From assembly GCA_965197475.1 (NCBI GenBank), contig CBDANF010000003.1, forward strand, positions 2,176,001-2,240,000: a DNA stretch of 64,000 bases. Reading direction: 5' to 3'. Below, one piece after another: positions 38,599-48,004 of the stretch (the stretch's first letter is position 1; each line of letters starts with the position of its first letter). The DNA comes from Candidatus Poribacteria bacterium (GTDB lineage: Bacteria > Poribacteria > WGA-4E > WGA-3G). The notes beneath the pieces are model-generated. The model ran no database searches and was not told where the DNA came from. It was given only the letters and a program-made list of their open reading frames with translations. Position numbers and translations under genes: made by a program.

Positions 38599-39365
38599 CA
38601 ACAAAGTTATTCTATACAATTAATGAATTAACCGAAACCCGTTTAGTCAAGGCGGGAATTAGTCTACGTTCTGGTGGCGTTAGCAAAGCACCTTACGCCT
38701 CTCTTAATTTAGCGCGTCATGTAGGAGACACCCCAACTGCGGTTTTTCAAAACCAACAAATCTTCTCTGCCCAAACCGGTATTAAAGCACTTAAATATTG
38801 TCAGCAAATTCACAGTGACACTGTTATCAATGCAGATGCTATAACAAGTTCATTTTGGAACGTTGAAAATCAAAACAATTCCCATAAAACTGGAGATGGC
38901 CTGATTTCAGCGCAGCAAGGAAATACTTTAGGTATCTTCTCTGCGGATTGTGTCCCGATATTCATCTTGGATATGGCAACACCAGCTATCGGTATAGCAC
39001 ATGCTGGTTGGCGCGGCACCTTAGCACAAATTGCTACCAAAACCGTAGCACAAATGAATGCCAATTTCGGCACTCTCACAGAAAATTGTCTTATCCATTT
39101 AGGACCCTCTATCCAGAAGTGTTGTTATAATGTAAGTCCAGATTTGATCGTTCAGTTTGTCAACCATTTTGGTAGTACCGTACATAATGGACTTCGTCTG
39201 AGTCTACAGACAGCTAACTTTCGCCAATTGGTGGATGCTGGTGTAGCACCTGATTCAATTTCAATATCGCGTTTTTGTACTGCCTGTAGCACAGATAAAT
39301 TTTATTCATATCGTGCTGAGGGAGAGCAAACAGGGAGAATGCTGTCATTTATACAACTCATATAA
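38595..39365 (+). CDS. pgeF: YfiH/PgeF family (laccase-domain) protein
   Basis: GGVS..PY.SLNL, QIHS, ADCVPI, HAGWRG, GPSI..CCY, CTAC, FYSYR, TGR. Confidence 0.9.
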   Translation: MTTKLFYTINELTETRLVKAGISLRSGGVSKAPYASLNLARHVGDTPTAVFQNQQIFSAQTGIKALKYCQQIHSDTVINADAITSSFWNVENQNNSHKTGDGLISAQQGNTLGIFSADCVPIFILDMATPAIGIAHAGWRGTLAQIATKTVAQMNANFGTLTENCLIHLGPSIQKCCYNVSPDLIVQFVNHFGSTVHNGLRLSLQTANFRQLVDAGVAPDSISISRFCTACSTDKFYSYRAEGEQTGRMLSFIQLI

Positions 39366-39404
39366 ACAAAGTAATAAAACATCTCATCAGGTTCAAGAGT
39401 GAGT

Positions 39405-39497
39405 TATACCAAATTAACGGATTAGTCTTATTTTTCTTGGCAGACAGCGCGCTTACAAAGCACGCCTACCGAGTGGGATCAAGTTAATTTGGTATTA
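39405..39497. mobile_element. MITE-like element, copy 3 (inverted relative to copy 1)
   Basis: Same TIRs; internal AGCGCGCTTACAAAGCACGCCTAC is the reverse of the copy 1 core. Confidence 0.75.
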
Positions 39498-39679
39498 GAC
39501 AATATTTTTCACGGAGGCAGCACAAAACCTAAAAATTTTTCTCCTAATACTGAACCCATCAAGCAATCTAAGTAATAAGACTTACGGCTATTGGCATTGA
39601 AACAAATTTGCATTGCCGATAAAAAAATGGTATCATTAAGTGACCGACGTTAGTCTTCGGTCTGAGACCAAAGTGAGAA

Positions 39680-39988
39680 TTGGAAATGCGTTCTTTTTTT
39701 GCATCGCTATCAATCTTAATGAGCATTATAGGTCTCATCTTTATCATGCGGGGTTGTATCCATCCCAGTACATATCAAAAGGAGTTGTCTAAGGAAACAA
39801 CGACCGCAGTTAGAGTCACGCAAGTTTATACTGAGGCTACCCATATTGTTATCGTGGGTATTGGGATTGTGAGTTTAGGAATATTGACAGCTTTTATCGG
39901 TATCCTGATCTGCACAGAAGAAGTGAAAAATCTGTATTTACGCTGCATTGATAAAGTTAAACAGAATTTAAAAGATTCACACGGTTGA
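39680..39988 (+). CDS. Small hypothetical membrane protein with two TM helices
   Basis: Two hydrophobic segments; promoter-like TTGCAT-17-TATCAT upstream. Confidence 0.55.
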   Translation: MEMRSFFASLSILMSIIGLIFIMRGCIHPSTYQKELSKETTTAVRVTQVYTEATHIVIVGIGIVSLGILTAFIGILICTEEVKNLYLRCIDKVKQNLKDSHG

Positions 39989-40094
39989 ATAACACCGCAA
40001 CTTGTAAGCGCGCTATTAGCGAGTCTCAAAATTCCAGATTTACTGTAAAAAAATCACATATTTGAGTAACGTCTCAGTGTAAGGAGAATAGCAA

Positions 40095-40823
40095 TTGAAC
40101 CAGATTGCTGAAAACCTTGCAAGTGTCAAGGAACGTATTGTGGCAGCTGCGGAAAGGAGCGGTCGCGAGGCACCCACAATTAAGCTTGTTGCTGTTACAA
40201 AAGGACGTTCAGTAAAAGAGATTCAGGCAGTTCTTGGTGTTGGACTTACCACTATCGGTGAAAACCGGGTGCAGGAAGCGCAGCAGAAATACGATCAAGT
40301 TCGATCTTTTTTCGGAACAGTACCAAACACAGCTGCAACCGATCAAACATGTGAATGGCATCTTGTCGGACACCTTCAAAGAAATAAAGTAAAGTCCGCT
40401 TTGGAAATGTTTACATTGATACATTCCGTTGATAGTTTGAGACTTTTAGCGGAGATCGCGCGCCGGGCAGAAGAACAGACAAAACAGACAGATATTTTAA
40501 TTCAAATAAATACAACTGGCGAGGCAAGCAAATTCGGTTTAAATGTGGAGGATGTGCACGACTTTATGGAAAAATCATTGGCGTATTCGGGCGCACGCAT
40601 TGTTGGCTTAATGACGATGGGTATGTTAAGTCCTTCTGCTGATGCAAACCGTCCAGCTTTTGCTTTGTTGAGAAATATTGCAGAAAAGGTAACGACTGAG
40701 AAATTCCCTGGGGTAACGATGCAATATCTCTCCATGGGAATGACAAACGATTTTGAAGTTGCAATTGAAGAAGGCGCGAACCTTGTTAGAATAGGTAGAG
40801 CAATTTTCGGAAATGTCAGTTAA
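40095..40823 (+). CDS. yggS: PLP homeostasis protein YggS
   Basis: LVAVTK, GENRVQE, WHLVGHLQRNK, IHSVDS, GLMTM, LSMGMTND, VRIG. Confidence 0.95.
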   Translation: MNQIAENLASVKERIVAAAERSGREAPTIKLVAVTKGRSVKEIQAVLGVGLTTIGENRVQEAQQKYDQVRSFFGTVPNTAATDQTCEWHLVGHLQRNKVKSALEMFTLIHSVDSLRLLAEIARRAEEQTKQTDILIQINTTGEASKFGLNVEDVHDFMEKSLAYSGARIVGLMTMGMLSPSADANRPAFALLRNIAEKVTTEKFPGVTMQYLSMGMTNDFEVAIEEGANLVRIGRAIFGNVS

Positions 40824-40903
40824 CACAAACCTATATTTATGGTGAAATACAAAAATATAGATATCAATTGGTAGGTGCTGATTGAGATACTGTTAGGAGT
40901 AAA

Positions 40904-41740
40904 ATGGTGGTAGAAAACCCAAAATTAGGTGTGATTGGCATAGGGAAAATGGGCGGTATCATCGCAAGGAGTATTGTTGACCGTCTGCTTCCAGCTGATC
41001 AGATTTGGATTACCGATCTGGACAAGGACCTTGTTACCCAACTCTGTGATGAAAAAAGTGTGAACGCTGCCTCAGACATTGAGGAACTCATCCAAAAGAC
41101 AGATATTATTCTCTGTGCCGTTCCACCTGTAGCTGTGCCGCACATCCTTCCACAAGTAGCGCAACACCTATCATCACCACAATGGCTCATTAGTATCGCA
41201 GCTGGAGTTACAACTAAAACGCTTGAATCATATTTTGAAAACCCGCCGCCGGTTGTTCGTGTGATGCCGAATATTGCGGCTTCCGCTGAAGCAGCGATCT
41301 CTGTGTTAACACCAGGCAGTGCTGCGGATGAGAAACATCTCTCCATAGCGCAAAAGATATTCAATACTTGTGGAACTACATTAGTCATGGAGGAACGCCA
41401 TCTGAATGCGGTTACAGGAGTCAGCGGCAGCGGTCCTGCTTATGTTGCGCTTTTTATAGAAGCATTAGCGGATGCGGGGGTACATGTCGGTTTACCTCGG
41501 CAGGAAGCACAAACACTCGCAACCCATACGGTTTTCGGTGCAGCAAAAATGTTGGCAGAGTCGCAGGAACACCCAGCTGTTCTCAAAAACCGAGTTACAA
41601 CACCAGGTGGAACAACAGCTGCCGGTCTCCATGTGCTGGAGCGGGGAAGTTTGCGCGCTACACTTGCTGAGGCTATACTTGCCGCTACAAAACGTGCAAA
41701 ACAACTTGACTCTGAAAATAGGAAAGGGAATATACACTAA
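40904..41740 (+). CDS. proC: Pyrroline-5-carboxylate reductase
   Basis: GIGKMG, SIAAG, RVMPN, SGSGPAY, VTTPGGTT. Confidence 0.95.
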   Translation: MVVENPKLGVIGIGKMGGIIARSIVDRLLPADQIWITDLDKDLVTQLCDEKSVNAASDIEELIQKTDIILCAVPPVAVPHILPQVAQHLSSPQWLISIAAGVTTKTLESYFENPPPVVRVMPNIAASAEAAISVLTPGSAADEKHLSIAQKIFNTCGTTLVMEERHLNAVTGVSGSGPAYVALFIEALADAGVHVGLPRQEAQTLATHTVFGAAKMLAESQEHPAVLKNRVTTPGGTTAAGLHVLERGSLRATLAEAILAATKRAKQLDSENRKGNIH

Positions 41741-42000
41741 TGCTTCTTGCCTATATTCTCAGTCGATTGCTTAATATTTATACGGTGATCGTCTTCGCGC
41801 ACGTGTTCCTTTCATGGATAGTGTTCGGCACGAAAAATTCAGTCATTCGTAGAATCTATATAGTTACAGGTCAATTGGTTGATCCGCTTCTGCAACCGAT
41901 TCGAAACCTGCTATATCCGATGACTCGAAATATTGGAATTGATCTTTCGCCAATAATTTTACTTGTGCTCTTACAAATTCTGAATTCATGGTTAATTTAG
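41740..42000 (+). CDS. yggT: YggT family membrane protein
   Basis: LSW, DPLLQPIR, IDLSPII; follows yggS-proC. Confidence 0.9.
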   Translation: MLLAYILSRLLNIYTVIVFAHVFLSWIVFGTKNSVIRRIYIVTGQLVDPLLQPIRNLLYPMTRNIGIDLSPIILLVLLQILNSWLI

Positions 42001-42035
42001 TCAGCGTACTCTTTCAGCCATGTCTATACTATATC

Positions 42036-43021
42036 GGCTCATGTAAAAAGTAAGTGCTATTTTTTCAAAGTTATGTTAGCGTGTTACCTATGGACTTTCC
42101 AATACAATCTCTCCTGGATGAAGAAAAAACTCAAGCGTGGGTGTTGGATCATTTCCACCTTCAAGGGCTGTGTTGCCCAAAATGCCAAGCGAGCGTGGCG
42201 GAGGCACGCAAGTTCCGTCCGACTGAAACAAGTGGTCTACAAGTGTATCGCTGCAAACACTGTGAGAGCATCTACAACCTCTATACCGGGACGGTCTTTG
42301 CTGGCACGCAGTTTCGTCCCTCACAGGTCGTTCTGCTTTTGCGCGGTGTCTGTCAAGGTGTTTCAAGTGCACAACTCGGGTGTGAACTGGGTCTAAGTCG
42401 TCAAACCGTTCTTTCTATAAGACGTAAACTCCAAACTTCGGCAGAGCAGATACAACCCGAAGCTGCTTTACCTGATGCTGAAGTCGAAACAGATGAGATG
42501 TTTCAAAACGCCGGTGAAAAAGGCGATAAGCACGTTGATGCTTCGGATCCGCCGCGTCGGCGTGGCAATAAACGCAGGGGACATGGGACTTATGACAATG
42601 ATCGTCCGCCTATTGTTGGGACGAAAGGTCGCGAAAGCGGTCTCCTGAGATTACGTGTTGTGCGGCACACCGATTCTGCGACGCTTTCAACACACGTTCA
42701 TCAGTGGACGTTGCCGACTTCAACGGTGTATACGGATGGTTGGCGTGGCTATAACCGTATTCAGCGCGCCCGTGAGATTGTTCTCCATAAGGATGGCGAG
42801 TGGGCAAGAGACGCAGACGGTGATGGTCTTTACGAGATCCATACAAGGACGATTGAAGGTGCCTGGACGACGCTGCGAAACTTCCTTCGTCCCTTTCGTG
42901 GCGTTCATAAAAAGTTCCTCGCCGGTTACGTCGCAATCTGTGAGTTCGTCATGAATCTAAAAGCTGTCAGTGTTGATTTTATAGCAAAACTCGTCAAAAG
43001 CACTTACTCTTGACATGAGCG
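42036..43021 (+). mobile_element. IS1595-family insertion sequence, 986 bp
   Basis: 23-bp TIRs with 20/23 identity; 8-bp TSD ACTATATC at 42028-42035 and 43022-43029. Confidence 0.93.
42090..43013 (+). CDS. IS1595-family (ISXO2-like) transposase
   Basis: Zn ribbon CPKC...CKHC, HTH, EVETDE, VYTDGW, HTRTIEGAW, RGVHKKFL. Confidence 0.92.
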   Translation: MDFPIQSLLDEEKTQAWVLDHFHLQGLCCPKCQASVAEARKFRPTETSGLQVYRCKHCESIYNLYTGTVFAGTQFRPSQVVLLLRGVCQGVSSAQLGCELGLSRQTVLSIRRKLQTSAEQIQPEAALPDAEVETDEMFQNAGEKGDKHVDASDPPRRRGNKRRGHGTYDNDRPPIVGTKGRESGLLRLRVVRHTDSATLSTHVHQWTLPTSTVYTDGWRGYNRIQRAREIVLHKDGEWARDADGDGLYEIHTRTIEGAWTTLRNFLRPFRGVHKKFLAGYVAICEFVMNLKAVSVDFIAKLVKSTYS

Positions 43022-43076
43022 ACTATATCTTGTTTCCTAATCTGATATTATCTTATAGGAAACGGCTACATGTTTT

Positions 43077-45659
43077 ATGAAAAAGGCAAATTCTCCTTCA
43101 CGGAACACAAAGACAAAACCTTCTAAAGGTCAATCTACAAAGAAAACACCTAAATCGGAAAACACCGAGAACGTTTTGCACAGTTCGCGAGAATCGGAAA
43201 TTCTCAAATTGTGGGAAACCCGAAAGGTGTACAAGGTTGATGAAAAAACAACAGAGTTGCCGACTTACGTGATCCGAGAAATGCCGACTCCTGTTCATGC
43301 ACTGAGTTTGGATACCCTCCGAAGAAAAATCTATCAAGATATTTTTCTGAAGTCTGAAATGATGCGGGGGCACACTGTTGCATATTCTCCACTTTGGGAA
43401 ACCTTTCCCTTTAGCACTGAAGCAAGCGTAATAAAGAAAAAAAGACCGACAGCTTCGCGAAACATTCTCAATTTCCGAAAACATTGTCGGCAATTATACA
43501 GAGAACATTTGGAAACACAACGGAAGAAATTACAGAAACTCGGAATTTTTGCAGATTGGACCTCTGCTGACAAAACATTAGAAGCACGCCACGAAACTAA
43601 GCTTTTTAGCTTCTTTGATAGACTACGGGACTCTAAATTTCTACGCTCTGAACTCAAACTCAGCCATTGGTGTCCGCATTGCGTATCACCACTGGAAGCT
43701 GGCAAAACTGCTACATCCGTATCTACTAGTGCTTTATATACCTATGTCAAGTTTCCATTCAACAACGGGTTTGAAGAATTTGGCAAAAATGTCTTTTTCG
43801 CTGTCCGTTTTCCACTTTCTCAATTGTGGGAGATCGCTGGCACCATCGCAATAGGCATTTATGAAAATGTTACCTTTTGGCTCACCGAATTTGAAAACCA
43901 ATATCTAATTTTTGCGGAGCCGCAGCTGAAGAAATTTGTTGATCCGAACACTAAAAAGAAAAAATATCCCGAACCTATCGCGAAATTAAAAACAACGAAG
44001 CTTAATAATTGCACTGTTTCTCACCCACTATTTTCGTTAACTGACCTGCCATTTTTTACAATATCAGATAAAGTTGTTGAAAACATTCCTGATACATCAG
44101 AAAGAAAGGAATTGATAGAAGGAATCATTCCGTTAAATCCCGCACATCATTCACTTAGTTATAATATCTTCAATGTGGTGCCTGAAATTAGGAACATCAT
44201 CAACTCTGATTTCTTTTCATCTACGTCAACAACACCTATGTTTGATGAAACCGGTAGGTTTACGGAAGATGCAGATACCCTATGCGGATTAAACTTGTTT
44301 AACGCTATTCAATTTATCACCGATGAATTGGAAGCACGCGGGTGCTTGATTAAGACGCGAAAACAAAAAATTCAACAACTTCACTGTCAACATTGCAACG
44401 GTTTATCAGTTTCTCGGCCTTATCGCCATTGGATGTTTTCCAGTACTTCTACTGATATTAGTGAGGAAGTTGATACTTCGCCAGAGTATTGGGGACATTA
44501 CCATGACGATATACGCGACCATATTCAGAATGAAGTGATGAATATCTCTGATATGCCGATTTCATCACAACGTCAGTGGGGAATACCGCTCCCAGTATTG
44601 CGATGCGATAACTGTAATCAGCTTATCTCGGATAAAAAAATCCTTCGAGCAGTTCGGAGTTCCATACGCCGTGGTTCTGAACACTGGTTCCGACTCAGTG
44701 TGGAAGAATTATTGCCTGCGGATCTGGTTTGTCCCAATTGTCATTCAAAGGATTTTCGAAAAGAGTCAACCTATATTGAAAGCTATTTTGCGAACTTACT
44801 TCATGCACTTGACACTTCCGATTTCAAGAAGTCAATAATTGAGACTTCTACCAATGTCGTTTTTCTGCCGCGAACCATTTTCTTCAAGTGGTTGGGCGAA
44901 TTGAGTGTGCTTTCTGCATCACTTCAACTCAGTCGACCATCTAAAGAGAGCCATCCTTTTAAACACTTGAAACTACACTGCATTGAAGAGGAAGTATGGG
45001 AAACTGAGGTACACGAACAATTTCTACAAAAATATCCAGCAGATATTCTAAGGTTAATCTCAATAGTTCCCGAATTACATCAAGTTCCACTTGAAGAAGA
45101 TGGAACACAGCAGCTTGAGTCGTTGATCGAAAACTACAATCAAAATTATACCCAGCTCAAAGAGATATTATTTCAAACAGTCGAATTGTTGACTGACCTT
45201 CGGAAGAATGGGAATTCTGATGCCCAAATAACTTTATCAAAAGAACCTGACGAGAATGTTTTTGACGCACTGTGGGAAACAGATGCACTTGCAGTTTCGT
45301 TAACCAAACTGCTTTTGATTGACGTTGAAGCGGCTTATCAGGAAAGGGATTTTTACGGGATGTGGCAGCTACTGTTTGATTTTTGTCAAACAGAGCTTCT
45401 ATTTTATATTCACTTATGTCGAACTGAAGTCTCATATAAGAGGTCAGAATCCACGCAAATTGCACTATCAACAATATTCAAAGTGGTTGTTCAACGTCTT
45501 GCCCCGATTTTTCCTTACTTAGCAGAAGAGATTTATGCTGACGGATTTTCTCCTTCGGTAAGTATTTTTGAAGAAAAGTGGTGTAATTTATCACCAATCA
45601 TTAGCGATAATAACACGAGAGCGCAGTGGGAATCGTTGAAAAATGTCCATCAATCCTAA
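43077..45659 (+). CDS. Isoleucyl-tRNA synthetase-like protein lacking catalytic motifs
   Basis: Colinear with IleRS (LKLW, KLGIFADW, WCPHC, YVKFP, ISSQRQWGIPLP, FRKE, YPADILRL, LAPIFPYLAEEI) and directly upstream of lspA, but no HIGH or KMSKS. Confidence 0.8.
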   Translation: MKKANSPSRNTKTKPSKGQSTKKTPKSENTENVLHSSRESEILKLWETRKVYKVDEKTTELPTYVIREMPTPVHALSLDTLRRKIYQDIFLKSEMMRGHTVAYSPLWETFPFSTEASVIKKKRPTASRNILNFRKHCRQLYREHLETQRKKLQKLGIFADWTSADKTLEARHETKLFSFFDRLRDSKFLRSELKLSHWCPHCVSPLEAGKTATSVSTSALYTYVKFPFNNGFEEFGKNVFFAVRFPLSQLWEIAGTIAIGIYENVTFWLTEFENQYLIFAEPQLKKFVDPNTKKKKYPEPIAKLKTTKLNNCTVSHPLFSLTDLPFFTISDKVVENIPDTSERKELIEGIIPLNPAHHSLSYNIFNVVPEIRNIINSDFFSSTSTTPMFDETGRFTEDADTLCGLNLFNAIQFITDELEARGCLIKTRKQKIQQLHCQHCNGLSVSRPYRHWMFSSTSTDISEEVDTSPEYWGHYHDDIRDHIQNEVMNISDMPISSQRQWGIPLPVLRCDNCNQLISDKKILRAVRSSIRRGSEHWFRLSVEELLPADLVCPNCHSKDFRKESTYIESYFANLLHALDTSDFKKSIIETSTNVVFLPRTIFFKWLGELSVLSASLQLSRPSKESHPFKHLKLHCIEEEVWETEVHEQFLQKYPADILRLISIVPELHQVPLEEDGTQQLESLIENYNQNYTQLKEILFQTVELLTDLRKNGNSDAQITLSKEPDENVFDALWETDALAVSLTKLLLIDVEAAYQERDFYGMWQLLFDFCQTELLFYIHLCRTEVSYKRSESTQIALSTIFKVVVQRLAPIFPYLAEEIYADGFSPSVSIFEEKWCNLSPIISDNNTRAQWESLKNVHQS

Positions 45660-45686
45660 ACCTAAAATCAATGGGAAACTCAGGAA

Positions 45687-46181
45687 GTGAATTCTCCGAT
45701 TCAATACTTTAAAAAGATTTTGCCATTAGTAATAGTGGCTATTCCAACATTGTTACTTGATATTTTCACCAAATTGCTTGTCCGCATGCACATTTCTATA
45801 GGGCATGGGCATGCGATAATCCCAGGTTTCTTTAATTTGCGACACCATAGAAACACAGGTGCAGCTTTCGGAATTTTTTCAGATCAACGTACATTACTCA
45901 TCATAGTAACAATCGCAGCGTTAATCTTTATTTTTGTCTATTCTTTCAGATTCCAGAATAGCAGATGGATGCAAACCGCACTCGGTTTTCTACTTGGTGG
46001 GGCAGTCGGAAACTTTATTGACCGCATCTATTTGGGCGAAGTGGTTGATTTTCTTCAGTTTGGTATAGAAAGCAAAAAACTATTTTGGCCCACTTTTAAC
46101 GTTGCTGATATCTCAGTGTGTATAGGCGCAGGGATGCTCATTGTTTACCTTTTTCGTCTTCAGAATCGAAGCGTAAATTGA
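45687..46181 (+). CDS. lspA: Lipoprotein signal peptidase II
   Basis: D..TK, NTGAAFG, GGAVGNFIDR, VVDF, FNVAD. Confidence 0.95.
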   Translation: MNSPIQYFKKILPLVIVAIPTLLLDIFTKLLVRMHISIGHGHAIIPGFFNLRHHRNTGAAFGIFSDQRTLLIIVTIAALIFIFVYSFRFQNSRWMQTALGFLLGGAVGNFIDRIYLGEVVDFLQFGIESKKLFWPTFNVADISVCIGAGMLIVYLFRLQNRSVN

Positions 46182-46255
46182 GTTGACAACGATGGAAATT
46201 ATGCAAACAGAACAATATCTATCTCGTGTCCGCATTTGTAAACAGTTGACGCAAA

Positions 46256-46380
46256 ACTATAGTGGATATAGACATGTTGTGACCCACATGCGCGGGGATT
46301 CCACTTCGGTAGACGAGGTTTCCTAACCTTGCCTGTTCAGACTGTCTCAGACTGCCTCGTTAATTCTAAAATCTACCATA
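46256..46380. repeat. Degenerate inverted-repeat element enclosing a GTAG REP
   Basis: TATAGTGGATATAG ... CTAAAATCTACCATA imperfect ends; GTAGACGAGGTTTCCTAACCTTGC at 46309. Confidence 0.45.
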
Positions 46381-46393
46381 AAAGGATTGAAAA

Positions 46394-46951
46394 ATGTTGA
46401 AATTTAGAAGTGGAATGTTTGTGCTTTCTTTTGCAGTTTTCTTTGCAATCGTGCCATATTCACAAGCTCAAAACCAAACAACCCAAGAGGAAGAATACAG
46501 CGAAAGCGCGTTACGTAGGTTTGAAATAGTAACGTTAAGTGCGCTCCCATTTACAGCAGTCCATAGTTATTTAGGGGTTCGCGGCATAAAAATGATTCAG
46601 ACAAGTAAAATCGCGCCTATATTGACACCGCAGAATTATCGTGTAATGGGTATTACTGCCGTTTCGTTATCCCTATTCATCGGTTTTTGGGATTGGTTAC
46701 ATACCCGCAATGTAGACAGGTCAGCACCGAGTGTGCCAGGGCGAAAACCCCCATCACCTCCGACTGAGGATGGCATCCCTCCTGATGGAAGTATTGCGCG
46801 TGCTCCAAGTTTTGGACCACATGCGAATATGTATGGCATCTCAACATATCTTGGACAGCCTCACCGATGGTCGCAAAACACTGCGCTGAATATGTGGGCA
46901 ACCCAACCATCTGTTGGTTTAGTCATCCCACTGTTTGAAATACGATTTTAA
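46394..46951 (+). CDS. Hypothetical exported/membrane protein
   Basis: Signal peptide, hydrophobic helices, Pro-rich linker, C-terminal LVIPLFEIRF. Confidence 0.7.
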   Translation: MLKFRSGMFVLSFAVFFAIVPYSQAQNQTTQEEEYSESALRRFEIVTLSALPFTAVHSYLGVRGIKMIQTSKIAPILTPQNYRVMGITAVSLSLFIGFWDWLHTRNVDRSAPSVPGRKPPSPPTEDGIPPDGSIARAPSFGPHANMYGISTYLGQPHRWSQNTALNMWATQPSVGLVIPLFEIRF

Positions 46952-47002
46952 TCGCATTTTTCTTGATCGCTCAATGATTAATGGACATAGGTAGTATACA
47001 AA

Positions 47003-47965
47003 ATGCGTATTCTCTTTATGGGTACCAGTGAATTTGCGATTCCAGCACTGAAAGAACTTATTGCTCACGGTTTTGAAATCATAGCAGTCGTTACGCAACC
47101 TGACCGCCCCAGTGGTAGAGGAAAAAAGTTAAGTCCTCCGCCAGTAAAGAAGGTCGCAATAGAATATGACCTCAATGTTTTTCAACCTGATAAGGTGAGA
47201 AAACCAGAATTTGTCAAGACGCTTAAACATCTTCGTCCGGATGTTATTATAGTTGCAGCTTTCGGTCAACTTTTGCCGCAATCGGTGTTGGATATTCCAC
47301 CATGCGGTGTAATAAACCTGCATCCGTCTCTGTTGCCAAAATATAGAGGTGCAGCCCCAATCCAATGGGCATTAATTAATGGTGAGAAAGAGACGGGTAT
47401 AACACTTATGCTGTTGGATGCTGGTGAGGATACGGGTGATATAATCTGCATGGAGCGAATACCTATTGAACTTGAAGATACAGCAGAAACACTACACCAG
47501 CAATTAGCAGATATCGGCGCGCGGCTTTTAGTAGAAGTATTGATGAACTTGCCACAAGGGCAACATCCAACAGCGATGCCACAAAATCACGATGAGGCGA
47601 CACATGCCCCGCGTTTAACAAAAACCATCGGACATGTCAATTGGAGCGAATCTGCAACGACAATTCACAATCTTATTAGAGGTACAGCAGGATGGCCAGG
47701 CGCATACACCTATTTTCGAGACGGTATGTTCCTTAAAATTATTCAATCTCTACCGCATGAAAATGAATCCGAAATCAAACAAGGTATACCGAATGAACTA
47801 CCCGGCACTATTAAAATCACTTCTGAAAAGCGACTTTTTGTGGTAACAGGTAAAGACGAACTTCAGTTGTTGCAAGTTCAACCCGCTACAAAGAAAATTA
47901 TGGCAGCTACGGATTTTGTGAATGGATACAAGTTAAAAACTGGTGAAAGTTTTTCCACCGTGTGA
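47003..47965 (+). CDS. fmt: Methionyl-tRNA formyltransferase
   Basis: FMGTSEFA, VTQPDRPSGRG, NLHPSLLPKYRGAAPI, DTGD, WPGA. Confidence 0.96.
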   Translation: MRILFMGTSEFAIPALKELIAHGFEIIAVVTQPDRPSGRGKKLSPPPVKKVAIEYDLNVFQPDKVRKPEFVKTLKHLRPDVIIVAAFGQLLPQSVLDIPPCGVINLHPSLLPKYRGAAPIQWALINGEKETGITLMLLDAGEDTGDIICMERIPIELEDTAETLHQQLADIGARLLVEVLMNLPQGQHPTAMPQNHDEATHAPRLTKTIGHVNWSESATTIHNLIRGTAGWPGAYTYFRDGMFLKIIQSLPHENESEIKQGIPNELPGTIKITSEKRLFVVTGKDELQLLQVQPATKKIMAATDFVNGYKLKTGESFSTV

Positions 47966-48004
47966 TGTAATCGCAAACGTTTTGTATATGGATTCAAAGA
48001 TTAA

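Noticed and set aside
43077-45659. Calling this ORF a normal ileS or a simple pseudogene
   Set aside because: The catalytic motifs are absent, so it is not a normal ileS. The frame is intact over 860 codons despite deep divergence, so it is not an obvious pseudogene.
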